Part shown: one piece after another, positions 1 through 10,300 of the stretch
Layout: each line of letters starts with the position of its first letter
Numbering within the stretch: the first letter of the stretch is position 1
Origin: a virus
Strand: one strand, 5' to 3'
Virus record (IMG/VR): IMGVR_UViG_3300045988_104271
DNA length: 43,041 nucleotides
Translations under genes and position numbers: made by a program
Notes under the pieces: model-generated
Seen by the model: the letters and a program-made list of their open reading frames with translations, nothing else
Databases searched by the model: none
Told to the model about the DNA's origin: nothing

Positions 1-99
1 CAGCGTATCTTCGTTCCTGTGGGCAAGTGGTCATTAGCACCGTTTACATATAATCTAATACCATTAAAAATATTATTATAATCGTCATAAAATGTTGCC
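1..99. repeat. Terminal overlap, identical to 42943-43041 (circular-assembly overlap)
   Basis: Base-by-base comparison gives a 99/99 match. The repeat lies inside a coding frame that stays open across the junction. Confidence 0.95.
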
Positions 100-659
100 G
101 CACCAGTTGCGCCAGAAACAAATATCGCACGATTAGACCCGGCATACAAAAAATTGAAAGTTCTGGTAATAGTTTTCCAGCCAGCGACGGTTATTATAGT
201 ACGAACCCCACTGGCCAGGTAATTGTCGGACATCGGGTACACCCAGATGTTTCCATTAGCTGATGTTTGCGTACTATCTGCCGGAATCATAAAGCACAGC
301 ACCATTGCAAGCGCGTGATATCCGGATATCGGCCGGCCATTTTTGTCGGCAGATATAACCAAATCGTTCACATCCTCCGTAGTTTCCATGTTGATAACCT
401 CGTACCACTCTACACCTCCGCTCGGCATATCCACCGCCTCCCATTCCGTGGGCTTGCCATCCTGCACGGTCTTGACCTTGATTATCTGGCCGACCGTGGC
501 GGCAGTCAGGCCGAGAGATATAGCCGTATCAGCCTTGGCAGGTGTCAAATACAGTTCATCGTCACTCAGCTCGCCCGCTGCTTTCTTAGCATCGTATACG
601 CTCTGCGGCATGCGGTTGATGATTAAGTTGGATAGTGTCTTGTCTGTTGATTGTGCCAT
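1..659 (-). CDS. Tail-fibre/receptor-binding-like protein; 5' 659 nt of a 229-aa ORF that continues across the circular junction to a stop at 42912
   Basis: ATG at 659 lies 6 nt downstream of GGAGG. I checked all codons in this frame to base 1 and found no stop. The N-terminus MAQSTDKTLSNLIINRMPQSVYDAKKAAGELSDDELYLTP resembles fibre N-termini. The 3' third (about 1-260) is visibly AT-richer. Confidence 0.7.
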   Translation of the reverse strand, partial: MAQSTDKTLSNLIINRMPQSVYDAKKAAGELSDDELYLTPAKADTAISLGLTAATVGQIIKVKTVQDGKPTEWEAVDMPSGGVEWYEVINMETTEDVNDLVISADKNGRPISGYHALAMVLCFMIPADSTQTSANGNIWVYPMSDNYLASGVRTIITVAGWKTITRTFNFLYAGSNRAIFVSGATGAATFYDDYNNIFNGIRLYVNGANDHLPTGTKIR

Positions 660-670
660 ATGCCGCCTCC

Positions 671-1141
671 TTAATTCCCCAATTCAAAATGTGCTGCCAC
701 CTGTGAAGGCGGGTATAGAAGCGGGTCTATATCGCGGGTACAGACGTACACGTTATCGCCTTCGCGCACCCTCATGCCCACGCTTGCCGCCATGTTGTAC
801 ACATACGGATACACGCCGTTATCATCGGGCGCAGGGCGAACGCCGTAAATCGCTTCCATACCCGTGCTGAACGGCGGCTGGTGCGCAGCAGATGTGACCG
901 CCTGACGGCAGAATCCAACCATGCCGTTATATAAAAAAAGGTCATACTGCTTGTATGCCTTCCCCACCTCCCATGGTGCAAACCCGTCTACAAACATACC
1001 CACCGTTGCAATGGGAGCAGCCTTAGCCGCCTGCGCCTGTGCGGCTCCTGCGGCTATGTACTCCGCTTCCCGCCTATCCTCGTTTGCACGCCAAGCTCTC
1101 GCCGCCGTAAGCCTGTCCTGCAACGTGTCTCTTGCTATCAT
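671..1141 (-). CDS. Hypothetical virion-module protein (156 aa)
   Basis: ORF sits in the late operon. Its start has an ATGA overlap with the upstream stop (1138-1141). Confidence 0.65.
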   Translation of the reverse strand: MIARDTLQDRLTAARAWRANEDRREAEYIAAGAAQAQAAKAAPIATVGMFVDGFAPWEVGKAYKQYDLFLYNGMVGFCRQAVTSAAHQPPFSTGMEAIYGVRPAPDDNGVYPYVYNMAASVGMRVREGDNVYVCTRDIDPLLYPPSQVAAHFELGN

Positions 1142-1413
1142 TCTTCCGTCACCTCCGTACCTTTGAGTGCTGCTTCAAGCGTGGCTATGTATGCCACCAA
1201 CTCGTCATATGTCGCGTTTTCGGTCAGGGTTATTTGTTCCCCGTCCTGATTCCGCGTCCAGTTAGTGCCTACGCGCATATCGCCTATCTGTAGGCTAAAT
1301 TGAGACGCATCAACCAGTTCGGCATTTAACGAAGCTTCAAGTTCGTCCTTCTGCGCCACATCAGCGACCAGTACATTTGTCACAAAATTGTCTTTTACTA
1401 CTGCGTATTTCAT
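1138..1413 (-). CDS. Hypothetical acidic protein (91 aa), possible fibre chaperone
   Basis: Compact ORF between fibre genes, translationally coupled to the downstream gene. Confidence 0.6.
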   Translation of the reverse strand: MKYAVVKDNFVTNVLVADVAQKDELEASLNAELVDASQFSLQIGDMRVGTNWTRNQDGEQITLTENATYDELVAYIATLEAALKGTEVTEE

Positions 1414-1427
1414 CCCTTATCCTCCTT

Positions 1428-2222
1428 TTATTGGTTTACTGGTATGCGGGCATATACTATACCTTGATAGCCTGAACCACCAGAGCCATAAGACTTTTCA
1501 TAAGTGCCGCCACCCCCAGCACCCGATCCATAATACGAACCAGAAACACCTGAATGATCCGCGTTCCAGTTGGAGGGGCCACCATTTCCACCACCATATA
1601 GACCACCTGCACCTTGATAGGGAGTACCAGGAATATAATTGCCACCATTTGCTCCATTTGAGCCACCATTTCCACCACCGAAAGTAGAATCATCAACATT
1701 ATAGCCTCCTCCGGCACCACCAGCGCAATGCGGTTTACCAAGCCAAAGTTCATATGAATCATCACCAAAAGGATACTTAGACAGCCCGTCGCCCTTACCA
1801 CCACTGTTGATTTGTGCGCCACCACCACCGGTTCCACCATTTCTCCCAGATACAGCAGCAACGCTTACACCGGCAATGGAAGAAACACCTTGCGCAGCGC
1901 CAACAACAACTGCACCACCCTCAAAGGCTTCAATAACTTGATTTTTCATGTAAGCACCTGCACCACCAACACCAAGAGCATTACCAGCAGCTCCATTAGC
2001 GCCACCACCGACGACGCAGACTTCGATGTTAACAGGTTCGGTGAGCACAAGATTACCAGACTGTGTTATAGCCAGCAGCCTATAATCGTTGCCATTACCC
2101 ATTGTGACAACGCCGTAATCGGTAAATGTGCAAGAGCCTTGAATCAGCATATTTGCTACATCGACGCCGCCTTGTGCAGCCATCATCATGCGTCTGCGCA
2201 TAGCCCATTGCATAGGTATCAT
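1428..2222 (-). CDS. Glycine-rich tail-fibre-like protein (264 aa)
   Basis: Long GGxGG/GxGGxG runs. I prefer the start at 2222 (GGAGGTG 8 nt upstream, ATGA overlap with the stop at 2219) over the track start at 2249. Confidence 0.75.
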   Translation of the reverse strand: MIPMQWAMRRRMMMAAQGGVDVANMLIQGSCTFTDYGVVTMGNGNDYRLLAITQSGNLVLTEPVNIEVCVVGGGANGAAGNALGVGGAGAYMKNQVIEAFEGGAVVVGAAQGVSSIAGVSVAAVSGRNGGTGGGGAQINSGGKGDGLSKYPFGDDSYELWLGKPHCAGGAGGGYNVDDSTFGGGNGGSNGANGGNYIPGTPYQGAGGLYGGGNGGPSNWNADHSGVSGSYYGSGAGGGGTYEKSYGSGGSGYQGIVYARIPVNQ

Positions 2223-2911
2223 TGTGCCGTCACCTCCTGCACTATCCAAGCGCCCTTATACACGTCAAATTCATAAATCTTGTTTGCCGCAAAAGTCGGG
2301 AGCTTGCCGATTATCCTTCCAGTGAAAGAGATGGACGGGGAGGAACCCGTTATGAAGGTTCCGTGTACCCAGCCGTTTGAAGCAGGAGGTTCGAAGGCGT
2401 AGGTGTTGACTGTGCCCATGACGCTATATATGGTGTTGTCGGTTAATGCCGTGCCGGAAGCGGGGAGGGAAACAGCCGTGTTGACCACCGGAGGTATTGT
2501 TATACTCTGTGCCGCGCTGCCGTCATACGTCTTAGCCGTTCCGCCTTCCGTTATGCTTAACACATATGGGTTCTTCAGGGCTGTAGGTACAGTCGGTATG
2601 TTAACTGTCTTTGCTGCGCTGCCGTCATAACTCCCGGTAACACTGCCCGTGAAGGTCAATGCGTTTGGATTTTTCAAAGCCGTAGGAACCGTGGGTATAT
2701 TAACCGTTTTAGCCGCACTACCGTCATAGCTGCCTGTTGCCGCGCCTGTGAAGGTCAATGACTGAGGGTTCTTTAATGCCGTGGGGACAGTAGGTATATC
2801 TGCTTCGTCCGCAGGAGTATAGCCAAGGGCTGTTTTTATATCGTCAGCGGTTACCACAGGAGGCACGCCGCTTGCCGCGCTTACTTCGTTGTTCCCAAGA
2901 TATAGTGCCAT
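2219..2911 (-). CDS. Tail-fibre protein with three tandem 33-aa repeats
   Basis: IPTVPTALKNPxxLTFTGxxTGSYDGSAAKTVN occurs three times in the translation. Confidence 0.8.
   Translation of the reverse strand: MALYLGNNEVSAASGVPPVVTADDIKTALGYTPADEADIPTVPTALKNPQSLTFTGAATGSYDGSAAKTVNIPTVPTALKNPNALTFTGSVTGSYDGSAAKTVNIPTVPTALKNPYVLSITEGGTAKTYDGSAAQSITIPPVVNTAVSLPASGTALTDNTIYSVMGTVNTYAFEPPASNGWVHGTFITGSSPSISFTGRIIGKLPTFAANKIYEFDVYKGAWIVQEVTAQ
2501..2797 (-). repeat. 3 x 99-nt in-frame tandem repeat inside the fibre gene
   Basis: Corresponds to aa 39-137. The copies are diverged mostly at synonymous positions. Confidence 0.8.
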
Positions 2912-2921
2912 ATTCTCCCTC

Positions 2922-3683
2922 CTATTCCGTCCATGTCCTTAAAACGGTAGTGCTGTTGCCGCCGCCGCTGCCGGAAGGTATTGTGAACTCAAAGTTCTTA
3001 TGCCCGTTCACATCAGAAAGCTGTACGCCCGCAGGGCTTCCCGTCTTTGATGTTGCAGTAGCGTTCTCCCATTTCTCCATTGCAGCATTACGCGCGGTTT
3101 CGGCATTTACCCTTGCCGTTTCAGCGGTTGCACGGGCAGTCTCAGCCGCCGCCCTTGCCGTCTCAGCCGATGCTCTTTCGGCTTCAGCGGATACACGGGC
3201 ATTCTCATTGGCCACGCGCTGGTTCTCAGCAGCAACGCGGGCAGCTTCGGTCGAAACAATGTTGTTTACCTTGCTGATTGCCTCTGTGAGCTCTGTGTAC
3301 TCGCCTGTACTCTCTACAGCCGTGTCGCTGTAAAGGTAGTCCTCAACGATAATGTCAAACTGCGGAGAATACAAAAGCTCGTTGTTCGTGCCGTAGATAC
3401 TCAGTTCGCACCTTACCGTGCCGAGAGCCGCAACCGTCTGGGTGGTAAGCTCAACGGTTACAACGTTGTCGGTGATGGTAGTCGAGTTGAACAGTTTTTT
3501 ATTGTCAGGCTTTATGGCGCGAAAAGCGGCGGTTGTTCCTGCATCTGCCATATACGGCACGGAATGCATATACAACGCAATAGCCAGCCGCCGTGCGCCG
3601 TTCTCCCCGCGTTTCACGCGGATATAGCCCTGATTGCCGCCTCTCAGCAGGTCAAGGCGTAGCCTGTGTTCTACTTTTCGCAT
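2922..3683 (-). CDS. Fibre/baseplate-upper-protein-like (BppU N-domain-like) protein with coiled-coil stalk
   Basis: The N-terminal domain (RLRLDLLRGGNQGYIRVKRGENGAR...) resembles BppU_N-type fibre anchors. It is followed by heptad AETARxA repeats. Confidence 0.65.
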   Translation of the reverse strand: MRKVEHRLRLDLLRGGNQGYIRVKRGENGARRLAIALYMHSVPYMADAGTTAAFRAIKPDNKKLFNSTTITDNVVTVELTTQTVAALGTVRCELSIYGTNNELLYSPQFDIIVEDYLYSDTAVESTGEYTELTEAISKVNNIVSTEAARVAAENQRVANENARVSAEAERASAETARAAAETARATAETARVNAETARNAAMEKWENATATSKTGSPAGVQLSDVNGHKNFEFTIPSGSGGGNSTTVLRTWTE

Positions 3684-3761
3684 ATTAGGTCACTCCTTTC
3701 AGAAAATGCTTGACTTTTAGCCTCCAAAATGGGAGGATTATAAAAAAAGGTGGTACATATC

Positions 3762-4277
3762 ATGGAAGACTATCTTATCGATGAGCAAATTCTACACAAA
3801 GATGTTGTATCGTTTATTGTGATTATCTCTTTGGTTCGCATCTGTGTTGTTAGTGCATTGTCATACTTGGTGCTATTCCTGCTCAGTAAGTTATTTGCCG
3901 TAATCGGGATAGCATCAGTTCTTGACTTTTTACTCAACGCAATTACAACAATCTCTTTTGGTTTGATAAGCACCCTTGACGATGTTGCAGGGATGATATC
4001 TGCCATAATAGGTTGTAACTCAGCGATAAAATTTTTGATTGTGCAAACAGATATTGCCAAAAACCGCATAGAAGACAGGCGATTTTCTGCAAAAATCATA
4101 GGCATTATAGTCATTGTCGGTTTTCTTGCAGCCGCTATCATAAGTGTGTTAGTAAACGGCCCATTTTCTATGCTTTATTCTTCAATCACTTGCTACGGCG
4201 GTTGGAGGTTCCTAGAAATTAGTCATGCAAGCAAGAAAGCGCTGAAACAACTCGCCGATACACAGTCAGAACAGTAG
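3762..4277 (+). CDS. Multi-pass membrane protein, opposite-strand moron (171 aa)
   Basis: Four to five hydrophobic segments, AGGTGG upstream of the ATG at 3762, and a visibly lower GC than the flanking sequence. It is the only plus-strand gene inside the late operon. Confidence 0.7.
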   Translation: MEDYLIDEQILHKDVVSFIVIISLVRICVVSALSYLVLFLLSKLFAVIGIASVLDFLLNAITTISFGLISTLDDVAGMISAIIGCNSAIKFLIVQTDIAKNRIEDRRFSAKIIGIIVIVGFLAAAIISVLVNGPFSMLYSSITCYGGWRFLEISHASKKALKQLADTQSEQ

Positions 4278-4292
4278 ACACCAAGCTAATAA

Positions 4293-4320
4293 ATACTAGG
4301 CCTCATAAGAGGCCTAGTAT
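4293..4320. terminator. Bidirectional hairpin terminator (12-bp perfect stem, ATAA loop)
   Basis: ATACTAGGCCTC-ATAA-GAGGCCTAGTAT is flanked by A/T-rich runs. It lies between convergent stops at 4277 and 4325. Confidence 0.7.
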
Positions 4321-4324
4321 TTTA

Positions 4325-7300
4325 CTATCTCCACGGTGCTTCATCCAACGTGCTTTCCTTGTACCCGCAAGCAAGCCACAAAGCATCCTTCTGTGCTTTT
4401 GTAAGGCGTTGCTTGTTGATATAATCAGCGACCTTATCTCGTTTCGAGTTTCGTATGCTGTTCCCGTTCTTATCCTTATCAGCTTTCGCGCTTCCATTGA
4501 ACTTGTAAACATCATAAAACAGAGTTTTATCAATGTTCGCAGGCTTTGCATATTCAAAGTATTTTGCCGCAAGTGTTTCGGTACCGTCCTCAATGCTCGT
4601 GTCGTGGGCTTCGGGATAATCGCGCCAGAAGTCCCACTTTGTTATCATGGCTTCTGCATCGTCCATCTTATAGCCGCACCTCACCAGTATGCGCTTCGCG
4701 TCTCCGGCCTTTACCTCTCCGGCATCAAAATATTGCCTTACAGCAGCCCTAACGGTTTCGCGGGCTTTCTTGGTCGGGTCAGTTGTAGTATCGCGCTCCA
4801 CCATGGTCTTGAACTGTTTATCAAGCCGCGTGTAATCGCCCGTAGTTATAGCCTTATCTACGCCCTTGTATAATTCAAGCTCCTGCTTTACGCCAAGCCC
4901 TTCGCGTATCTCGTACATTATATTGCCGCTAAGTTCAGGTTCATTTCCGCTTATCGCTTTATAAGCTTCCTTGACTACGCCGAGCCAGTCCTTTATAAAC
5001 GCATCAAGCGGTATGCCGAACATTTGTGATGTAGCTTTTGCCATCCTCAGCAGACGCTCATCAAGTCCCTTTTTCTCATTGTCAAGGTCGCCAGCGGCGT
5101 TAATCAAGTCTTGTATAACCTTCAACTCAGAACGCGAAGAAGTATAGCCTTGTAACATTGACAATACTTCATTCACGAGTGGGAGTGAACCAAGAGTATC
5201 TAATTCGCCGCCAAGATAGATGTATTCGCCAATGTAAGGGACTTTCTTAAGCGGAGTGCCAACCAGATTGCCGACCAATGCTTCAACGTACTTGTCAACG
5301 TAGTTCTGGTTTTCATCATCATCGCGTATTGCGGTTATGACTGATTTCAGTATGGCGTTAAAAACGCCCGCGCCTATAATAGAAGCAGCAGTGCGCAGCA
5401 ATCTTGCCTTGCCGCCCTTCTCGTCCATGTGTTTCAGCGCGTACCAGTACATATTATAGCTTACCGTAGGCTCAGCCTTGAATGAGGTAAAAAGCTTAGC
5501 TCCCGCGCTCTTTGAGCGCATATACTCACTTCGGGATATCACGCTATCATACACCTGCGTATACTCTATGACATCATCAAACCTATGACCAACGGCCTTG
5601 TAGAACTCCTCGCTTCCGCGTTCAAAGGCGGTTGTGTCTGCTATTTCGTTTTCACACGCCTTCCATATCCTGCACCAAGTTATTTCGTCCATCTTCTGTG
5701 GCGCCCAGCCTGCAACGGCATCTCTGACATTCCTGAAATTGAGCTTGTTGTTGTCGGCCATCCATTGCACAAGCCCTTTGCCCGTGTAGGCATCGAAGCC
5801 GCCAACTTCCTTTATAACCGCTGTGCCGGAATACTTCTTAGCAGTATCGTATGTGTTCTTACTCACATGACCAAAGAAGTATTTAGGGTCTACCAACGCA
5901 GTAGCGCGGACAATCGCGGATGGCTGCTGTATTGCAACCGAGAGCTTACCCGAAATAGCATTGCGTCTGAATGCGGATATCATTTTGGAGGCCATACTGT
6001 CACGCGGGTCAACGGTAATATTTCCGCTGATATCATTGATAAAGGTCTTTATATACTTGCTCGTATGCTGACCGTATGCCTTGTCAAGCTCTGCCCTTAT
6101 ATAGGTATTCGCGCCGCCGTCCTCGCCCCACTGCTTGTAGTTATAAACTTTAGCCATAGTGTCTTGAGGTATTGCCATAGCGTTATATGTAGCCATATCC
6201 GCCATGTGCTGCAATGCCTTTTGTGTAATGCCGGTTATCACAATCGGGTTTCTTGCGCCTGCAACGGTATTCTTCGTGAAGCCCTTATTCATCCAGCTCA
6301 TGGCTTCGGGAACCCTGCCGTTAAAGGCGGTTTCAATGAACTGCCGAGCGGACATTATAGGAATGTAATAGCTTTCTGCAAAGCGGTTTATGCCATACAT
6401 CTGCATAGTAACCTCGTTGCCAAGCTCTGCGCCCTTGGTGCTCATAAGCTCCACCAGCGCATCAGCATACCCTTTCTGCTCCTTCGTAAGCCAATCGGAT
6501 ATCTCAGCTATGGTTTCCTCACTCAACGGCTTATTGACATTATCGTTTGTTGCCGTCTCTATAAGCTTACCGTTTTTCTGCACAACGTCTTTATTGAACA
6601 CAAAGCCATCTTTGGTTAGATGCTGAGTGCCTATAAGCTTTTCGCGCTTTGCGGTTGCATAGATATCAAGAGCCTGTTCCCTTGTAATGCTTACATTGCT
6701 GCCGCCCTTTATCTGGATGGTGAGCAAGTCGCCCGACTTGTCTGCCCATTCCTTGTAACGATATTTGTCCTTGATTTGCGCGTATTCCTCGCGTATGGCG
6801 TTTGCCGTAAGCGCAGCCTTATACGATGCCTGACGCACATCGTTGAACAAGGTTTTCATCTCTCCGCCTATGTTGTCGAAGAAGTATATGGGCTTGACGT
6901 TGCCTGAATTGAAAAATCCCGAAACAGCCGAAGCCATTTTATAAGCATAAGGGTGCTTGCGCATAAACTCGCGCGCCTTAGGCCGCTGCACTTGAGCCGT
7001 TTTGATTATGTTCCCGCCGATATCGTCTATATACTGCCGCCTGCCGTCCGCTATGACGGTGTTGGCGGTAGTGACGGTATGTTTTACCGCTGCAACGATA
7101 TTGTTCAGCTCCTTGAGTTTGTCTAAGGGCATATCGCTTATGTTGTTGTACTTGCTTGCGCTGTCCAACAGGCTTTGCATGTTGTCTATAAGGTCAGGGG
7201 CATATTCTATCAGCGGGTTATCAATATCGGGATTTGTCTTTGCCCTGTCCACCTGCTGCATCCACGTTTGCAGATTGCGCATAGCGTCCTTCCACATATA

Positions 7301-10300
7301 GCCTTTCTTGCCGTCAAACTCCAACGTTTTGAGCAGGTCAGCCGTCTTGTTGCGCAGGGCTTCCGGCACATGCTTACTGTTGTTGGGCTTGGTAAGCCAG
7401 CTATAGAGCGACTTGGCGTTCTTCTCTATGCTCGTCTTGTACTTGGTAATGTCCCTCTGGTCGCGCAGCTTCTCATACTTGGCCTTAGCCTGTTCCCTCT
7501 GCTGCTCCATGAGCGTGTTATACCGCGCCCGCTGCATTTCAAGCTTCTTCTGTTGCTTGTCGGCAAAAGTCTTGCGTTCAGGCATTGCCATATACTCGCC
7601 ATATAACCGCATAGCAAGGTCGGCGGCGTATTCCTTCATGCCGTAGCCATAGGGATTCTCTATTGGGCGGTCATACATATTCACCACTTCATCGTGTAAA
7701 AGTATAGGCATATCAACATCGGGAGTATCGGGGTCGAACGTGTCGGGGAACATGCCGGACAGGTCGCGCCACGCCTGTTCAAGGGATATGCCCTCGGTCT
7801 TAGAGAACTTAGCCTTGTTGTACAACTCCCGCCTAAATTCGGTGTATGAGCCGAAGGCGCTCTGCACTTCTGCAAGCTGCTTCTCGTTTAGCTTTATGGT
7901 GTTGTTTTTCAGAAACTCCCGCGCGGGCTTGGTGTTGTCGTACCACTCCGTGTTACGCTTGGAGGACTGGTCAAGCACGTTCAGGGCAATGTTCATTGCA
8001 CCAGCCTGTACCTCATCCCACACAACGTTCTCACCATTGCCTATGTAGTCAAACAGTTCGGTTATGTTGCTGACCAGTTCGGCCTTATCCATCTTACTGC
8101 TATATTCTTTCAGTAAACTGCCCGCCAATCGTTCAACAGCGGATGCTTTGACGTGGTGGCCGTCCGAAAGCTTTATTTCCTGTTTTGCGACTTCCAACGC
8201 TTGTTTCAGCTTGTCGTTCTGCTTTTGCAGCTTCTTAGCATCTTCAGGAGTGACGGATACATCATCCTTGCGGGAGAAACGGAAACGTTCGGTAAACTCA
8301 GAATTAAGTTTGCTCAATCGTTCACCTTCAACATCCGGATTATATGTTTCAACTGGAATACCACGGCTTTCAAGTGCGGTTTGTAAATCCTCGTACTTGC
8401 CCTCAGGCATAATAACTGCCCTAACTTCATCAAAGCTGACCGCTCGCTGGGGTTTGGCTTCAAAGTACTCCGTAGGCATCTTCGCAATATCCTGTGTTAG
8501 GGAAATAAGGCTGTCTACAATATCATAGGAGGCTTTATACACCTGAGGCCACTGATTCAGATAGTTGTATATGCCGGTTCGGGTTTTACGCAGAGCAACG
8601 GCTTCGCACAGCGTGTTCGCAGCATCCCACCAATCCTTGTTCCCCGCATAGGTATCAACAATTTCGCGGAACCTATTGCTGTAGGTTTCTTTTATCGCCG
8701 CATATTGTTCTTCGTTGAGAGTTTGCAGACGGCTGCTGTCAGCCTTGATATCTGCAATAGATTCGTATTCCCTTGCTGAAGAACCGAATATACTCTTTGT
8801 GCCAAGCCCAGAAGCTCCCTTTTCATCCTGCGACTTCATGGCCTTGACAATGTTCTCAAGATTAAACTCCCAGTATAGCGTTTCAAAGCTTCTGCGATTA
8901 CCGGAATTTGTAAACGTGTCTTTATCGTTGCGTATTCCTTTCTTTGAAACAATTCCAGAAAAAGTGTTTTCCAGCCATGCTTTGTATTCGGAAGGGTTTA
9001 CCGCTTCCTTAATCGCTTTCTGCGTTGCTGCAATGTCAGGTTGCGTCCTCACCATCCTTGGGCCATTCTGCATGTAACTGCGAACTTTGAGGGCATCTGT
9101 GAGAACATCGCCGCGGCTAAAACCGTCAGCAACAACAGACGCAGCGGCTTCGGAATCTATCCCAGCATCAATCAACTGTTGTTTAAGTGCCTCACGGTAC
9201 GATTCACCATATTTTTCATACCATGTTGCTCTGCTCTTGCCCGTGCCCATGGCTTCAAAAGCGTCCTTCCCAAGCTTATTCAGTATGAAGTCGTACCTTT
9301 CCTTTTCAGGCTCTCCGATTTCGGTTACAACTTCGCGCTGAATGGTCTCGATTGGCTGTTTACCTTGGTCAACAAGATAGGCTTGCATCATATCGGTGTT
9401 GTCGGCAAAACTCTTTACTATAGCCTGTTCGCTACCGCCATACCGCGCTATTGCTTCCCCGGCATCGTCTACACCGAAAGCATATAAGGGGTACGCAATA
9501 TCGCTTCCCGCCTTCTCATATACCTTGTAATACAAGTCTCTTAACCGTTTAATGCTTTTCTCGTTCGGTTTGTATCCAATTTGAGGGAATGTAGGCGTGT
9601 ATGCATCGGCATTATACACCTTGTTGCCGCTACGTTTTGGGTCAATCGTATCCTTGCCGAATATAAGCGATATATCTCCAAACTCGCTATGGCCAAGTTC
9701 GGGTTTTGTTATTGCTATTGATGGCATCGGGAATCCGCCAAGTTCGATATCTGCTTCAAGCTCGGCACCCTTCAGATTATGAACCGCTATAAGGTCGCGG
9801 GTTTCCTCGACAGTATCTTTCATAGAGAAACGAATATCTGGATTGTTGGGGTCAAACGTGCCTATGTTGTCCGTTGCACTCTTGATTTGGTTGCTGTTGA
9901 AAACGACTGTCTCTGTGTCAAGAATCAGACCGTCAAAGTCCGTCCCGTTGACTTCGTTGAACAGTTCCACCGCCGCCACCATGTCGCCGATTGCGGTCTG
10001 GTTCACATCATTCAGCATGGCAAAATCGTTCTTCCCGTACACATCTTTCAGTACGCTGTCAACTGTTGCACCGGATCCGTAGTTTTCCAGTCCGTAATCT
10101 TCGTTTTCCGCTACCGCTTCAAGGAAATTGCGCATCTGCTTCTTCGTAATGGTTCGCTCCTGCATAGGTACCGGATGTTTCACATCCAGATAATATGCAC
10201 GGGCATCTCCATATTGTCGGGCATGGCTTTCGCTGTCTGTGAAATAGAATCCACGGCCATACAGATTGGAATATTTGGATTTCTTCCGGTCAAAGATGTT

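Noticed and set aside
1388-1687. His-rich 99-aa plus-strand ORF
   Set aside because: It is the mirror frame of the glycine-rich fibre gene (GGN codons read as NCC/CAC on the other strand).
2219-2911. Fibre tandem repeats as a diversity-generating retroelement target
   Set aside because: There is no reverse transcriptase and no separate template repeat anywhere in the genome. The repeats are in-frame structural modules.
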